IMG/VR virus record: IMGVR_UViG_3300033148_007030
Location: 1 to 64,000 of that record
From: a virus
Strand: one strand, 5' to 3'
DNA length: 64,000 bases
Shown here: in pieces, positions 1 to 9,313 of the stretch
How the letters are laid out: every line of letters starts with the position of its first letter
Position numbering within the stretch: the first letter of the stretch is position 1
Notes under the pieces: generated by a model
What the model saw: only the letters and a program-made list of their open reading frames with translations
Databases searched by the model: none
Told to the model about the DNA's origin: nothing
Translations under genes and position numbers: made by a program

Positions 1-309
1 TACACCTGTTAATCCTAAATCAACAACATCATGAATATTTGGCATAACACCATTCCCCAAAATTTGCACAGATGAATCTAAAACATCCTCTAATTTAATA
101 ACACCTAACCGAACTAATAACATAATAACAGCGCTGATCTGAGATGATCTAATTCCTCGTAACCTAGATCTATTACCTATATGTATTTGTTTATTGATAT
201 CCCATTCTTTTTGAAGTAATTCCATAGTTCTGTTGTAAACTTCCTGATCATTAATCTCTTTTTGTTGTTTCTCAAGTTCTTTTTCTAAGTTTTCCCATTC
301 TTTATCCAT
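1..309 (-). CDS. Hypothetical protein, runs off the window edge
   Basis: ATG at 309 after a GGAG Shine-Dalgarno (SD); open frame MDKEWENLEKEL... to position 1 (my translation). Confidence 0.6.
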   Translation of the reverse strand, partial: MDKEWENLEKELEKQQKEINDQEVYNRTMELLQKEWDINKQIHIGNRSRLRGIRSSQISAVIMLLVRLGVIKLEDVLDSSVQILGNGVMPNIHDVVDLGLTGV

Positions 310-342
310 TGTTTTATACTCCTTCTGTTATTTTTATTATCT

Positions 343-555
343 TCATTTTAACCACCTCCACGTTATCCCTCTTTTAATTCTACTTATTGAATTTTGACTG
401 ACTTTACACCCATATGCTATCCACTTTTGAGTAAATCCTCTGCGTAAGAATTCTTTGATACACACCACCCTTTCAATTGTTAACTTCGAGTTAATATTCT
501 TTTCTCCACATTGGAATATACCACGTCCTGTCTCTGGTGTTAATAATTTAGTCAT
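343..555 (-). CDS. Small HTH protein resembling the C-terminal DNA-binding tail of phage HNH endonucleases, with no HNH domain
   Basis: GEKNINSKLT...V..IK...TQK.IA....VSQ..ISRIKRGITW pattern. Confidence 0.5.
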   Translation of the reverse strand: MTKLLTPETGRGIFQCGEKNINSKLTIERVVCIKEFLRRGFTQKWIAYGCKVSQNSISRIKRGITWRWLK

Positions 556-810
556 TTATTTTCCATCACCTTTCTCCTTTGTTTTAACAGGATTATCTAC
601 TGACATCTTTTGTGGTTGTGATGGGCAATTAAAAGTTAAAAGGCTTAAATATATCCTTCCTATAAAAAGAACCTTTAATCTTTCCCAAAAAGACAAACCC
701 CAACAAGAGGTAACTTCCCCATCTGAAGCTTTATAAACTGGTAATGGTAAATATGTTGGTTGATCTTTTGCATACATTTCATTACACTCTTTAAATTTTA
801 TTATTTTCAT
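556..810 (-). CDS. Hypothetical phage protein (probable start MKIIKF)
   Basis: ORF with SD GGAGG before ATG at 810. Confidence 0.6.
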   Translation of the reverse strand: MKIIKFKECNEMYAKDQPTYLPLPVYKASDGEVTSCWGLSFWERLKVLFIGRIYLSLLTFNCPSQPQKMSVDNPVKTKEKGDGK

Positions 811-2048
811 TGTCCTCCTGCTCCTCCAAAAAAAGTTCTCATAAACATCCCTGCTTGTGCTACTCCCCATGAAAATCGATTTACCCCAACAAATTCAGGC
901 AAACTATACTGTTTCCAAGTATCTAACCTAAATATTTTATATTCCTCCTCTATAACTATTCTAACATTTGGCCAGAATTCGATCGGAACCGGAAAACCTT
1001 TCTTTTCATAATTATTAACTATCTCATCAGGTATTCCAAAAGGTAAGTCCCTTAATTGTTCTTTTTGAATTGTTACCATTGGAGTATTTAACATCCTGGC
1101 ATTATTAATAAGAGTTTCATTTGTAAATGGGCTGTGCCCTTTTACTCCTAACGATAAACACATTTGCTGATTAAGATGAAGAAGAGAAGGAAGAGTCCAA
1201 TTTATATTAACAGTCAATAACTTATCGATAACTTCAGGAATCCTAGCCAACATAGGCTCTAATATGCCTCTAACAAATAAAGAATGGATAGTATCTTTTC
1301 CTGCTCTATTGATCAAAGAAATTATCATGAAATCCACAACATCTTTTATTGCTTTGTTTAATGAAGGTTCAAAATTTAGCATCCCATCAATACTCGAACC
1401 AGAATTTTCGTAAAAGTTCACTATGAGTCTATTAAAAAAGTATGCCAGGAATATCTCATCTCCTCCATGCCCAAACAAGACTTCCTTTGTTTCCGGTTTC
1501 TTTTTTAACACTTCTTTCAAGATAAGATACTCAGAAACAGATCCTAATCCTCCTGCTGGGGTGCAAAAAACTTTAACAACCTCATACATGGCATCTATAA
1601 AATCCTGCTGCGATACTGGAATTTTCAAATGCTGGGCTTCTATCGTATCTGCCATCTTAGCAGCAAGAGGAGTTTCATCATACTCCTCACCTTCCTTATA
1701 ATATCCGGTATAAACCACCTCTGGCAAAAATTGAGAAGCTACTATCGAAGAATCTAATCCACCAGAAAGAGACCCTATTGGCAAAGTCTCCATATTTTTA
1801 ACTTGTTCCTTAAAACTTTCATAAATAAGAATATCCAACGGTGGTTCGGTAGAAATTTGACTATCTAGATCATACGTAGTATCTGAAACTACCGAAACCC
1901 CTTTGAAGAAAGTCCTTCCTGTAATAAACACTTGAAATGGTATATATTCCTCCAATATATAATCAAGATCAGGTTTTAACTTATTGTTTAACACTATATC
2001 TCTAATGTCGCTAAATAGTTCTCCTTTATATTTATACTGAATTTTCAT
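807..2048 (-). CDS. Asparagine-synthase-like ATP-dependent amidoligase (synthetase domain only)
   Basis: PP-loop SLSGGLDSS, GHGGDEIF, KKGFPVP; no N-terminal Cys glutaminase domain. Confidence 0.8.
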   Translation of the reverse strand: MKIQYKYKGELFSDIRDIVLNNKLKPDLDYILEEYIPFQVFITGRTFFKGVSVVSDTTYDLDSQISTEPPLDILIYESFKEQVKNMETLPIGSLSGGLDSSIVASQFLPEVVYTGYYKEGEEYDETPLAAKMADTIEAQHLKIPVSQQDFIDAMYEVVKVFCTPAGGLGSVSEYLILKEVLKKKPETKEVLFGHGGDEIFLAYFFNRLIVNFYENSGSSIDGMLNFEPSLNKAIKDVVDFMIISLINRAGKDTIHSLFVRGILEPMLARIPEVIDKLLTVNINWTLPSLLHLNQQMCLSLGVKGHSPFTNETLINNARMLNTPMVTIQKEQLRDLPFGIPDEIVNNYEKKGFPVPIEFWPNVRIVIEEEYKIFRLDTWKQYSLPEFVGVNRFSWGVAQAGMFMRTFFGGAGGQ

Positions 2049-2734
2049 ATAATCTCCTTCAATATTAAGTGCATAAATTTAATTGGGTAAGGGGTGAATC
2101 GCATAAACCGAGTGTGGGCCGTTACCATGGTACTACTCACTTCCCTATAATGACCAAACAACTTATGAATCAACTCTTGATCAATAGACCTTTGATGTCT
2201 ATATTTGTATTGTTTATAATCCCTCTTAAATTCATCCAACTCATACACAGATAAATCTTGATTCCACGGACAAGCAAGAAATAAAGATCCGCCTACTTTT
2301 AATACTCTCGTTAATTCCTGAGCCAGCATATGTGGATTAAGCACATGTTCCAGCAGATCAAAACACAAAACAGCATCAAAATAACCAAGCTCAAAAGGCA
2401 TACTTTCGCCATACGCTCTTACCGCTGTAATACCAGGCATAACATGAGTAAGTTCATTCAAAGAAATGTCCACTCCCACCCTTTCTTTCGACATAATATG
2501 ATTTAAAACATAACCAGTGCCACACCCTACATCCAAAACCTTTCCATAATGGTTTTGCTGAAATAGTACATTACATAGATTACCAAATATAGAAGTTTCA
2601 ATAGAAATAAAACCTCCGTAATCCTCACTTATTTCTTCATAGTTAACAATATAATCATCTTCATTCTCTCCAATGAAATCTAAAACGTTATTAACCTCAC
2701 GTATCGGTTTTTGATTAAACATATCCTCAATCAT
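2045..2734 (-). CDS. Class I SAM-dependent methyltransferase
   Basis: VLDVGCGTG, FDAVLCFDLLEHV, RVLKVGG; SD GGGAGG before ATG at 2734. Confidence 0.85.
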   Translation of the reverse strand: MIEDMFNQKPIREVNNVLDFIGENEDDYIVNYEEISEDYGGFISIETSIFGNLCNVLFQQNHYGKVLDVGCGTGYVLNHIMSKERVGVDISLNELTHVMPGITAVRAYGESMPFELGYFDAVLCFDLLEHVLNPHMLAQELTRVLKVGGSLFLACPWNQDLSVYELDEFKRDYKQYKYRHQRSIDQELIHKLFGHYREVSSTMVTAHTRFMRFTPYPIKFMHLILKEII

Positions 2735-2735
2735 A

Positions 2736-3160
2736 TTACCTCCCATCAATATTCCAAACGAAAGCAGCAAAAGCCCCAACATCAATCATATCTTCTGAAT
2801 CCACAGCATTTGATACTAATCTAGCCAACATTTCTTCTCTTTTAGTTGGTTCTTTCCATGTAAGTCTGTAACCAGCATCAAACTTCTCCTGCAATCTTTT
2901 CTTGATTCCTTCACAAAAAACATTTACCAAACCATTCAATTCTTGTAACTCCTTTCTCTTACTATCTGAATATGCCATCACATCACCTCCTCTATATCAA
3001 TGGTAATCTTTTCTTTTATAGAAGGCCCAATACAAGCCACCTTTATTGTATTTACAACTTTATTCACATCTTTAGTAGTTATTTCCACCTCTGTTTCGTT
3101 CATCTTTCCTTCCAAAGTATAGGTTTTCTCTGTATAATTAATAGTATAAATTCTACTCAT
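2736..3160 (-). CDS. Two small hypothetical proteins (2736-2981, 2978-3160)
   Basis: Overlapping stop/start codons and SD sites. Confidence 0.55.
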
Positions 3161-3436
3161 GACATACCTCCTTTATATTGTATTATGTTCTTAGTTTCTT
3201 TATGTTCTGCATTCAAGATATTTTTAGCTTCCTCAAATTCACTTTCCTTCATTTCCTTCATTGCTACTTTTATACAATCATCCCCAGGAACCATTTTCTC
3301 AGAGGCATAAAGAAAAAAACCTTTTAATATCACCCAAACTTGTAGACATCTTAAAAACCAAACTAACTCCTAGTGGCAATCGTTCAACAAAAGTTATGGA
3401 GTAGACTCTTACCATCTTTTCTACTTTATCAGTCAT
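3157..3436 (-). pseudogene. Hypothetical gene interrupted by one extra T in a T7 run at ~3313-3319
   Basis: MTDKVEK... frame continues as FLYASEKMVPG...KGGMS* if one T is removed; fills the gap between neighbours exactly. Confidence 0.45.
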
Positions 3437-4358
3437 CGTTTATTTCCTTTAGATGGGTATAAACTTTGTCTACATTATGTGAACCATACCATTTAATTGC
3501 TTCGCCAATTCCATAAGACAAAGGAATTTCTACGGAACCAAACTCTCTTTTTGTTCTCGACGGATCAAGCAGTATAGTTTCGACATCATCTGCCCCCTTT
3601 TGTATAAAATTAGGAGAAGTTTTTCCCACCAATTCAGAACCCATTGCCTCATAAATCTCCCAATAAACATCCTCAATAGAATAATCCCTACCAGACGATA
3701 TGTGATACACTCCTGAGCCTTTCCCATCTATTGCCATCAATAGCAACCTGACCAAATCATCAACATAAACAAAATCCCTTCTTGTCCTCATAATAGTGCA
3801 ATTCTTACCTTCATTCAGCTTCTTGAAAAACGTTGGAATCGGGCCAGACAAATTCCTTGGCCCATAACAATTAGCTAATCTAAAAGATATATAATCCAAA
3901 CCACTCATTCTTATATATCTCTCTGCCGCTGTTTTAGTAATAGCATAGCTGTTCTGAGGCATAAGCGGATGTCGGAGAGTTATGGGTTGTTCTTGAGGAG
4001 GGCCATAACAAAGACTTGTTTGTAAATAGATAATTCTCTTTACATCATGTTTAAGACATTGCTTTACTATGTTAACTGTTCCCAAAACATTCGTGACAGT
4101 ATCTTCCCTCCAATCAGTGGGATCTTTATAAGAAGCTGCGGCATGAACTACAACATCAGGTTTGAAGGAAGAAAAATAAGTACCTATATGATTTTCCCTC
4201 TGAATATCCGTTTCCAAAAATATAGCTTTTTCAGGAACATTATCCAGTCTTCCTGTTGATAAATTGTCAATAATGAACACATCGTTCCCCTCCTCCAACA
4301 AAGCTTCTGCCAAATGAGACCCTATAAAACCTGCTCCTCCAGTTATTAAAACTTTCAT
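3429..4358 (-). CDS. NAD-dependent nucleotide-sugar epimerase/dehydratase (extended SDR, WbmG/H-like)
   Basis: ITGGAGFIGSH, YAITK (YxxxK), RLANCYGP, RDFVYVDD. Confidence 0.9.
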   Translation of the reverse strand: MKVLITGGAGFIGSHLAEALLEEGNDVFIIDNLSTGRLDNVPEKAIFLETDIQRENHIGTYFSSFKPDVVVHAAASYKDPTDWREDTVTNVLGTVNIVKQCLKHDVKRIIYLQTSLCYGPPQEQPITLRHPLMPQNSYAITKTAAERYIRMSGLDYISFRLANCYGPRNLSGPIPTFFKKLNEGKNCTIMRTRRDFVYVDDLVRLLLMAIDGKGSGVYHISSGRDYSIEDVYWEIYEAMGSELVGKTSPNFIQKGADDVETILLDPSRTKREFGSVEIPLSYGIGEAIKWYGSHNVDKVYTHLKEINDD

Positions 4359-4393
4359 TCTTGTTCTCCTTTCTTTTACATTAAAAACTACAT

Positions 4394-4473
4394 CCCTACC
4401 CTACCAAACCCTACCATACCACGCCTCACCTCACCTCACCGCACCATACCTAACCACACCTTACCGTACCCCA
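4394..4473 (-). repeat. Orphan (GGY-NN)16 pentamer array, candidate guide RNA
   Basis: 16 consecutive ccNNr pentamers on + strand, from cccta 4394 to cccca 4473; intergenic. Confidence 0.85.
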
Positions 4474-4515
4474 AATAAATTTTTTATTTTCCAATAACAA
4501 ACCTCACCGCAAAAC

Positions 4516-6078
4516 CTATTTTTTACTATAAACGAAATAAATTTGCCTTTCCACATACCGAATATCAAAAATTTCCCACCCTTGTTTTTTACATATATCC
4601 AAATAATTATAATGAAAACAATGATTCGGTCCTGATTTCAATTTACCAGGAATATCAAAATCAATACGTTCTTCGCACCACGAAACAACAATAACTTTCT
4701 TACAAACTCTTACCAATTCTGACATTATCAGCAAAATATGCTGGGGTCGTTGATGAAGAAGCACCTCGGACGCAACTCCTACATCAAACTCATTCTTCTT
4801 ATAAGGGAGTCTGCCTATTTCTACTAAATCCAAATGCACCAACTTAAATTCAAACCCAACTTCAACAGCTTTTGCCTTTGCCTGATCCCCATACAACCTA
4901 GAAATATCACACCCTTCAACATAAGGAATATTTTCATAAGCCTCAAAAGTTCTGCCTATTCCTGGGCCAAAATCAAACACTTTTTTTGCCTTAAATACGT
5001 TCTCCTTAATATAACCAATATGTCTTTTAATTGTATCCTCAGTCATATTTGGGTCGGTAGGATATGAACGACGATTCCAATAATCAAACTCAGAGTATTG
5101 TTCTTCTGTTACCACAACTTCTTTTTTCTTCTCAGGAGGATTATCAATTATCTTGGCAATATCTTTTAATTTATAACGCAAGAGATAATTCTTTGACACA
5201 AAAGATCTATACTCCAAAGAATTGTATTCCTGATCCCCTATCATAGCAACGAAATCATTAATAGTCGTCCATAAATATTTCTCATCATAGATATTTTTTG
5301 CTCCTACAAAATTATGAATCACCGGCTTAATTCCCATACACATCGCTTCCATAATTCCTAAACCTTGGCTTTCCAATGGACTCGTACAAACAATATAGTT
5401 TTTATCTTCCAACCACCCTGCCACATCTTTAATATAATTTCCAAAATGAACCACCTTTTCCAGCTTCATTTCTTTTATCATGTGACTAAGGTAAAGACCA
5501 AATCTAGGATCTTGTATATGTCCACCAATGGACAATCCATATTTTATAAACGGAGAAGTTCTCACTAATTCGTAAAAAGCATGAATAAGTAACATAGGTC
5601 CCTTTTTTGCGGACATATTGCCAAGAAACGCTATATTCTTTCCTGGAGATCGGTTGGAAAATTTATATTTATCAACATCAATTCCATTGGCAATCAAATG
5701 GGTGTTAAAATCTTTAGTAACGGACTTAGGATCTGCTGCAAGTTGTTGAAATACCAAATCTCTAATATGATCAGCAACAAATATAACATCATCAAATTTA
5801 TTCCAATTAATTGCTGAAACATATCCTGAAAGTGCTTCGTAACTATGCACTCTACAAATACTATGCTTGCCTTCAATTATATCTGACTGAGTAATCGCGG
5901 CAGCTAACTCATTGCCCCATTCAACCCAAACAGTGTCAGCCCACCCCATTACCTGTTTTAACTCTTCATTATTCCCAGTAAAACAAGTCTTAACCTCATA
6001 CTTACTTTCAAAAAACTTCACTATATCAACTAAAAATGACTCTAATCCTGGTAAACAAACTACTGCTATTTTTCTCAT
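4516..6078 (-). CDS. GT-B (family 4-like) glycosyltransferase fused to a C-terminal SAM methyltransferase
   Basis: IANGIDVDKY, KKGP, ESQGLGIMEAMCMG; C-terminal VFDFGPGIGR, EVLLHQ. Confidence 0.85.
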   Translation of the reverse strand: MRKIAVVCLPGLESFLVDIVKFFESKYEVKTCFTGNNEELKQVMGWADTVWVEWGNELAAAITQSDIIEGKHSICRVHSYEALSGYVSAINWNKFDDVIFVADHIRDLVFQQLAADPKSVTKDFNTHLIANGIDVDKYKFSNRSPGKNIAFLGNMSAKKGPMLLIHAFYELVRTSPFIKYGLSIGGHIQDPRFGLYLSHMIKEMKLEKVVHFGNYIKDVAGWLEDKNYIVCTSPLESQGLGIMEAMCMGIKPVIHNFVGAKNIYDEKYLWTTINDFVAMIGDQEYNSLEYRSFVSKNYLLRYKLKDIAKIIDNPPEKKKEVVVTEEQYSEFDYWNRRSYPTDPNMTEDTIKRHIGYIKENVFKAKKVFDFGPGIGRTFEAYENIPYVEGCDISRLYGDQAKAKAVEVGFEFKLVHLDLVEIGRLPYKKNEFDVGVASEVLLHQRPQHILLIMSELVRVCKKVIVVSWCEERIDFDIPGKLKSGPNHCFHYNYLDICKKQGWEIFDIRYVERQIYFVYSKK

Positions 6079-6305
6079 TCAGACCCCCCTCCTAAGTTAA
6101 CCCGTTTAATTGACGACAATTGGTAAGACATTTCAACTCTACCATGATAATCAATATGTTTATCCATACCATCCACAAATAACAACTCCATTTTCACTCC
6201 CTTAACTGTTATAAATATGGAATCCTTGGAATTGAACAACTCCTCAAATACTTCTAAAAAAGTACCTCCATCTTTAAAACTATCTAAATCAATGTTAATC
6301 TTCAT
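6075..6305 (-). CDS. Hypothetical protein
   Basis: ORF overlapping the next start codon, with SD. Confidence 0.55.
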   Translation of the reverse strand: MKINIDLDSFKDGGTFLEVFEELFNSKDSIFITVKGVKMELLFVDGMDKHIDYHGRVEMSYQLSSIKRVNLGGGSE

Positions 6306-6487
6306 TTCGTACCCCTTATTTTTCTACCTTGCATTTTTCATGGCATTTATAAAAATTCTTTGTTTTTTCTTTTGGGCTTTCTTATTGACAGACACAGGTG
6401 GTGGATTTTTAAAACTCGGGGCAAGATGTCGAAGATTTTTTGGAGCAGATTTCATAATTATTTCCTCCTTTCTTATTAATTATTTTA

Positions 6488-6595
6488 TGCTGGCAGGCAG
6501 GATTCGAACCTGCAAGACAGCAAATGACAAGAATCCCCACTCTAATACAACGGTGCATTATTATATACTCTCTTGCCAATTCCGCCACTGCCAGC
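6488..6595 (-). ncRNA. tRNA-like element 1 (8-bp acceptor stem, T arm, Leu-type D loop; no canonical anticodon arm)
   Basis: GCTGGCAG-TG-GCGGAATTGG ... GCAGG-TTCGAAT-CCTGC-CTGCCAGC-A; 108 nt. Confidence 0.7.
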
Positions 6596-6600
6596 ATATT

Positions 6601-6867
6601 TTACAATCCTCCTACTTCCGTCTCCTCTACTTTATCATAATAACCATTTAATTGTAGTAAAAACGAACAAGCATTTTGCCTGGTTTTGAAACCATCTACC
6701 ACACCCAATTTATAAGGCTTCTGGGAAAAACAAGACCAATAACGACCAGAATTTATTACTTGTCCAATAAGAATATCACCAATATAAAAAAGATATGCAT
6801 TATTAATCCTTTTTTTATATCCAAAATCTAGTACTTTACCATTAACATTTATACTATATTTACTCAT
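6601..6867 (-). CDS. Hypothetical protein flanked by a 19-bp direct repeat
   Basis: Ends EVGGL*, like the terminase; ttacaatcctcctacttcc at 6601-6619 and 6872-6890. Confidence 0.65.
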   Translation of the reverse strand: MSKYSINVNGKVLDFGYKKRINNAYLFYIGDILIGQVINSGRYWSCFSQKPYKLGVVDGFKTRQNACSFLLQLNGYYDKVEETEVGGL

Positions 6868-6871
6868 ATTA

Positions 6872-8290
6872 TTACAATCCTCCTACTTCCATTTCCTCTA
6901 ATTCAGAATCAGAGGTGAGAAGTCTATATCTTGTCTCGTCCCATATATGATCTTCTGCCTTTGTATTAATATCATCCATATTTTTCGGATCTCTTGGCAG
7001 AACAGGAACAGTTCGCTTAAAATGTAAACAATTTTCAAATACAAAAAATCCAGGATCTTCCATAGGCGACTGAAGTGAAGCATATAAATACTGCCTGAAT
7101 ATTTCTAAACCATTAATTCTGGAACCAGGACTTTTGTTTGATCTAGCCCAAGACACTCCAATAGTTGCCATATCATTTGCAATACTTTTTCCGTCCTTAA
7201 CATCATAAATAGAATTATCCGCGGGTCCAGGATGTACAACGAACGGCAACTTCTCTTCTATATCTATTATCCTACGAGCAATTTCCGTTGAAATCATCCT
7301 AGATCCTTTATCTGCTTCACCATTCCATCCATACATCTCTCCTATTCTAAATAAAGTTCCAGGAGGATACGATTTTATAAAAGAATTGCCATTCTGTTTA
7401 ACCATAATCTCTGTTCCATCTGATTCCGCCCACCATCCTACACTAAAAGGTCGTGAGGAACCCCAATCAAAAGATCTATCAATATACCAACTTGCAGGAA
7501 TTTTAAACCAAGGAATCATGTGAATAGCTTCATCCCAAACATCATCAATAGCTCCACCTGCAACAATATCCCACCTACCTTTTCTCCAAGCCTTTCTTTT
7601 ATTGGGATCTTTTATTGAATTTAATAGCTTAAGATATTCAGGATCAGCTTTTAGAAGAATTTTATTTTCATCAATACTACTATGAATTCTAACTCTAGCC
7701 TGACCTTCATCATTATACATTAGCTTTCCAGCAGGGGCAGGGTCTACAAAATACTCCTTGATCCAATTATGGCCAACTCCATACGGATTACAATTAGCTC
7801 TATACTTTCTAGGCATTCCCGGAGTAGATGATCTACAACACGATTTCATAACCTCATAACAATCCACAGAAGACCAATTAGTTAGCTCCTCCCACCCAAT
7901 CCACGGATATTCATGCCCGTGATAATTCCAATAATCTTCAGGATCATTCATATAACTGAAACGAAGGACTTCTCCTGTAGGCCATTCCCATACATATGCA
8001 GATTTATTAAAAGTAGCTTGCGGAAATATTTGTGGAAACCATTTTTTTGTTCGAGCCACCACATCTGCTAACTGAGGGTAAGATTGGCGGAAGAGAATTC
8101 CTCTCCAGGCTGCTCCGAACCCTTTCCCAACATGCTGAGCAAAATCCATTATAAGAGTGTCAGTCTTCATAGATCCTCTGGTTCCATCGTTAAGAAGTTC
8201 AAAAACAGGACAAGACAAAACTAGTCTTTGACTTCCTTTCTGAGGAGACCAAATTACATTACCAGAACCTATGTTTACACCTTTACTAAT
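6872..8290 (-). CDS. terL: Terminase large subunit
   Basis: Walker A-like DGTRGSMKT, Walker B IGWEELT, coupling motif ANCNP, nuclease SFDWG and EDHIWDETRY; frame open upstream of the TTG at 8218 (WSPQKGSQ), possible ATT start at 8290. Confidence 0.9.
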   Translation of the reverse strand: MSKGVNIGSGNVIWSPQKGSQRLVLSCPVFELLNDGTRGSMKTDTLIMDFAQHVGKGFGAAWRGILFRQSYPQLADVVARTKKWFPQIFPQATFNKSAYVWEWPTGEVLRFSYMNDPEDYWNYHGHEYPWIGWEELTNWSSVDCYEVMKSCCRSSTPGMPRKYRANCNPYGVGHNWIKEYFVDPAPAGKLMYNDEGQARVRIHSSIDENKILLKADPEYLKLLNSIKDPNKRKAWRKGRWDIVAGGAIDDVWDEAIHMIPWFKIPASWYIDRSFDWGSSRPFSVGWWAESDGTEIMVKQNGNSFIKSYPPGTLFRIGEMYGWNGEADKGSRMISTEIARRIIDIEEKLPFVVHPGPADNSIYDVKDGKSIANDMATIGVSWARSNKSPGSRINGLEIFRQYLYASLQSPMEDPGFFVFENCLHFKRTVPVLPRDPKNMDDINTKAEDHIWDETRYRLLTSDSELEEMEVGGL

Positions 8291-8291
8291 T

Positions 8292-8558
8292 TTACTTCTC
8301 CTTCTTTTCCATACTCATTCTAACATTCTTCATAAGATCTTGAATTCTCTTTTCAACCCATTTGTTAGGAGTTATCTTACCATTCAAAATCTGCTTAACT
8401 TCTTCTGGAGATTTTAGAATCCTTCGTCCAATTTGTTCAAACGATATATCATAATCCTCAAAGAATTCCTTTCCTGGATGAGGTTCGGGAATGTGTAGTA
8501 AAACATCAATCCCGGAGTCATCTACTTTGTCGTTATCTGGCATGATCAGTCCTTTCAT
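8292..8558 (-). CDS. XRE/HigA-like helix-turn-helix protein
   Basis: HPGKEFF...ISFEQIGRRI....V.QILNGKITP. Confidence 0.55.
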   Translation of the reverse strand: MKGLIMPDNDKVDDSGIDVLLHIPEPHPGKEFFEDYDISFEQIGRRILKSPEEVKQILNGKITPNKWVEKRIQDLMKNVRMSMEKKEK

Positions 8559-9313
8559 TTAATATTTAAACTTAATGTCCCCCATGCTGTTGCAACCACT
8601 TTTGGAACCTGCCCATTGCCAATGGCTTTAATTCTGTCCACCCTATTGGCCACCCCATCATTTGTTCGTAAATTGAAGGCCAATTCTCTAAAGGTATTTC
8701 CCGCAATGTTAAAAGTGCTGTTAGTTGTAATTGATGCCCACGCTCCACCACATTCTTTATGATTGATTGCTTTTTGAACGCTGTCCGAAGCCAATCGCTT
8801 GCAAACGGAGTTGGCCACAAGCCACCACCTTTTCCTTTTATGAGGGGCACCACAATTTTCTGCTGATAACTCACACCATTGAGCATTATACCCTGCTTCG
8901 GCCAAGTCTCCGTAAATTCGTCTGATATAGTCAAATGAAAGGATGGACGGCACATTTTCCAAATACACATATCTTGGTCGTACTTGGCAAATGGTCTTAT
9001 GTACTTCAGGCCATAGATTTCTTTCATCTTTTTCTGCTTTTCGTTGTCCTGCAACTGAGAAGGGCTGACAAGGGAATCCTGCGGTAATGAGATCTGTAAT
9101 TCCTTGATATAACTTTGCACATCCTGAATCAAGGAATGCTCTGATATCGGTAAAGATTGGGGCATTGTGCAGAAATCCGTCTTTGATTCTTTGTGCGATA
9201 ACTTGTTGGCAATAGTTGTCATATTCTACATACCCTATAGTGTTAAATCCAAGTAAATGCTGTGTGGCAAGGAGGCCACCCCCTGCACCTGAGAACAGTG
9301 ATAGTTCATTCAT
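8555..9313 (-). CDS. DNA cytosine-5 methyltransferase (alpha chain, lacks motif IX)
   Basis: SLFSGAGG, AGFPCQPFS, LENV, PHKRKR, RIKAIGNGQVP. Confidence 0.9.
   Translation of the reverse strand: MNELSLFSGAGGGLLATQHLLGFNTIGYVEYDNYCQQVIAQRIKDGFLHNAPIFTDIRAFLDSGCAKLYQGITDLITAGFPCQPFSVAGQRKAEKDERNLWPEVHKTICQVRPRYVYLENVPSILSFDYIRRIYGDLAEAGYNAQWCELSAENCGAPHKRKRWWLVANSVCKRLASDSVQKAINHKECGGAWASITTNSTFNIAGNTFRELAFNLRTNDGVANRVDRIKAIGNGQVPKVVATAWGTLSLNIK
8572..9222 (-). CDS. Overlapping alternate-frame ORF, putative methyltransferase beta chain supplying motif IX
   Basis: TWPKQGIMLNG, LWPTPFASD, PSIYEQMMGWPIGWT; exact start uncertain. Confidence 0.6.
   Translation of the reverse strand: MTTIANKLSHKESKTDFCTMPQSLPISEHSLIQDVQSYIKELQISLPQDSLVSPSQLQDNEKQKKMKEIYGLKYIRPFAKYDQDMCIWKMCRPSFHLTISDEFTETWPKQGIMLNGVSYQQKIVVPLIKGKGGGLWPTPFASDWLRTAFKKQSIIKNVVERGHQLQLTALLTLREIPLENWPSIYEQMMGWPIGWTELKPLAMGRFQKWLQQHGGH

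Noticed and set aside
6488-6595. Functional tRNA-Leu, tRNA-Sec, tRNA-His or tmRNA (all three copies)
   Set aside because: No recognisable anticodon arm or UCA loop; an unpaired A precedes CCA, so not a His G-1:C73 pair; too short and no G3-U70 for tmRNA
6409-6597. ORFs overlapping the tRNA-like elements (also 22276-22473, 33868-34092, 33872-34083)
   Set aside because: Shared peptides such as LAGSNPACQH or LAGRIRTC just translate the RNA shell; frames and lengths differ between copies, so not listed as CDS
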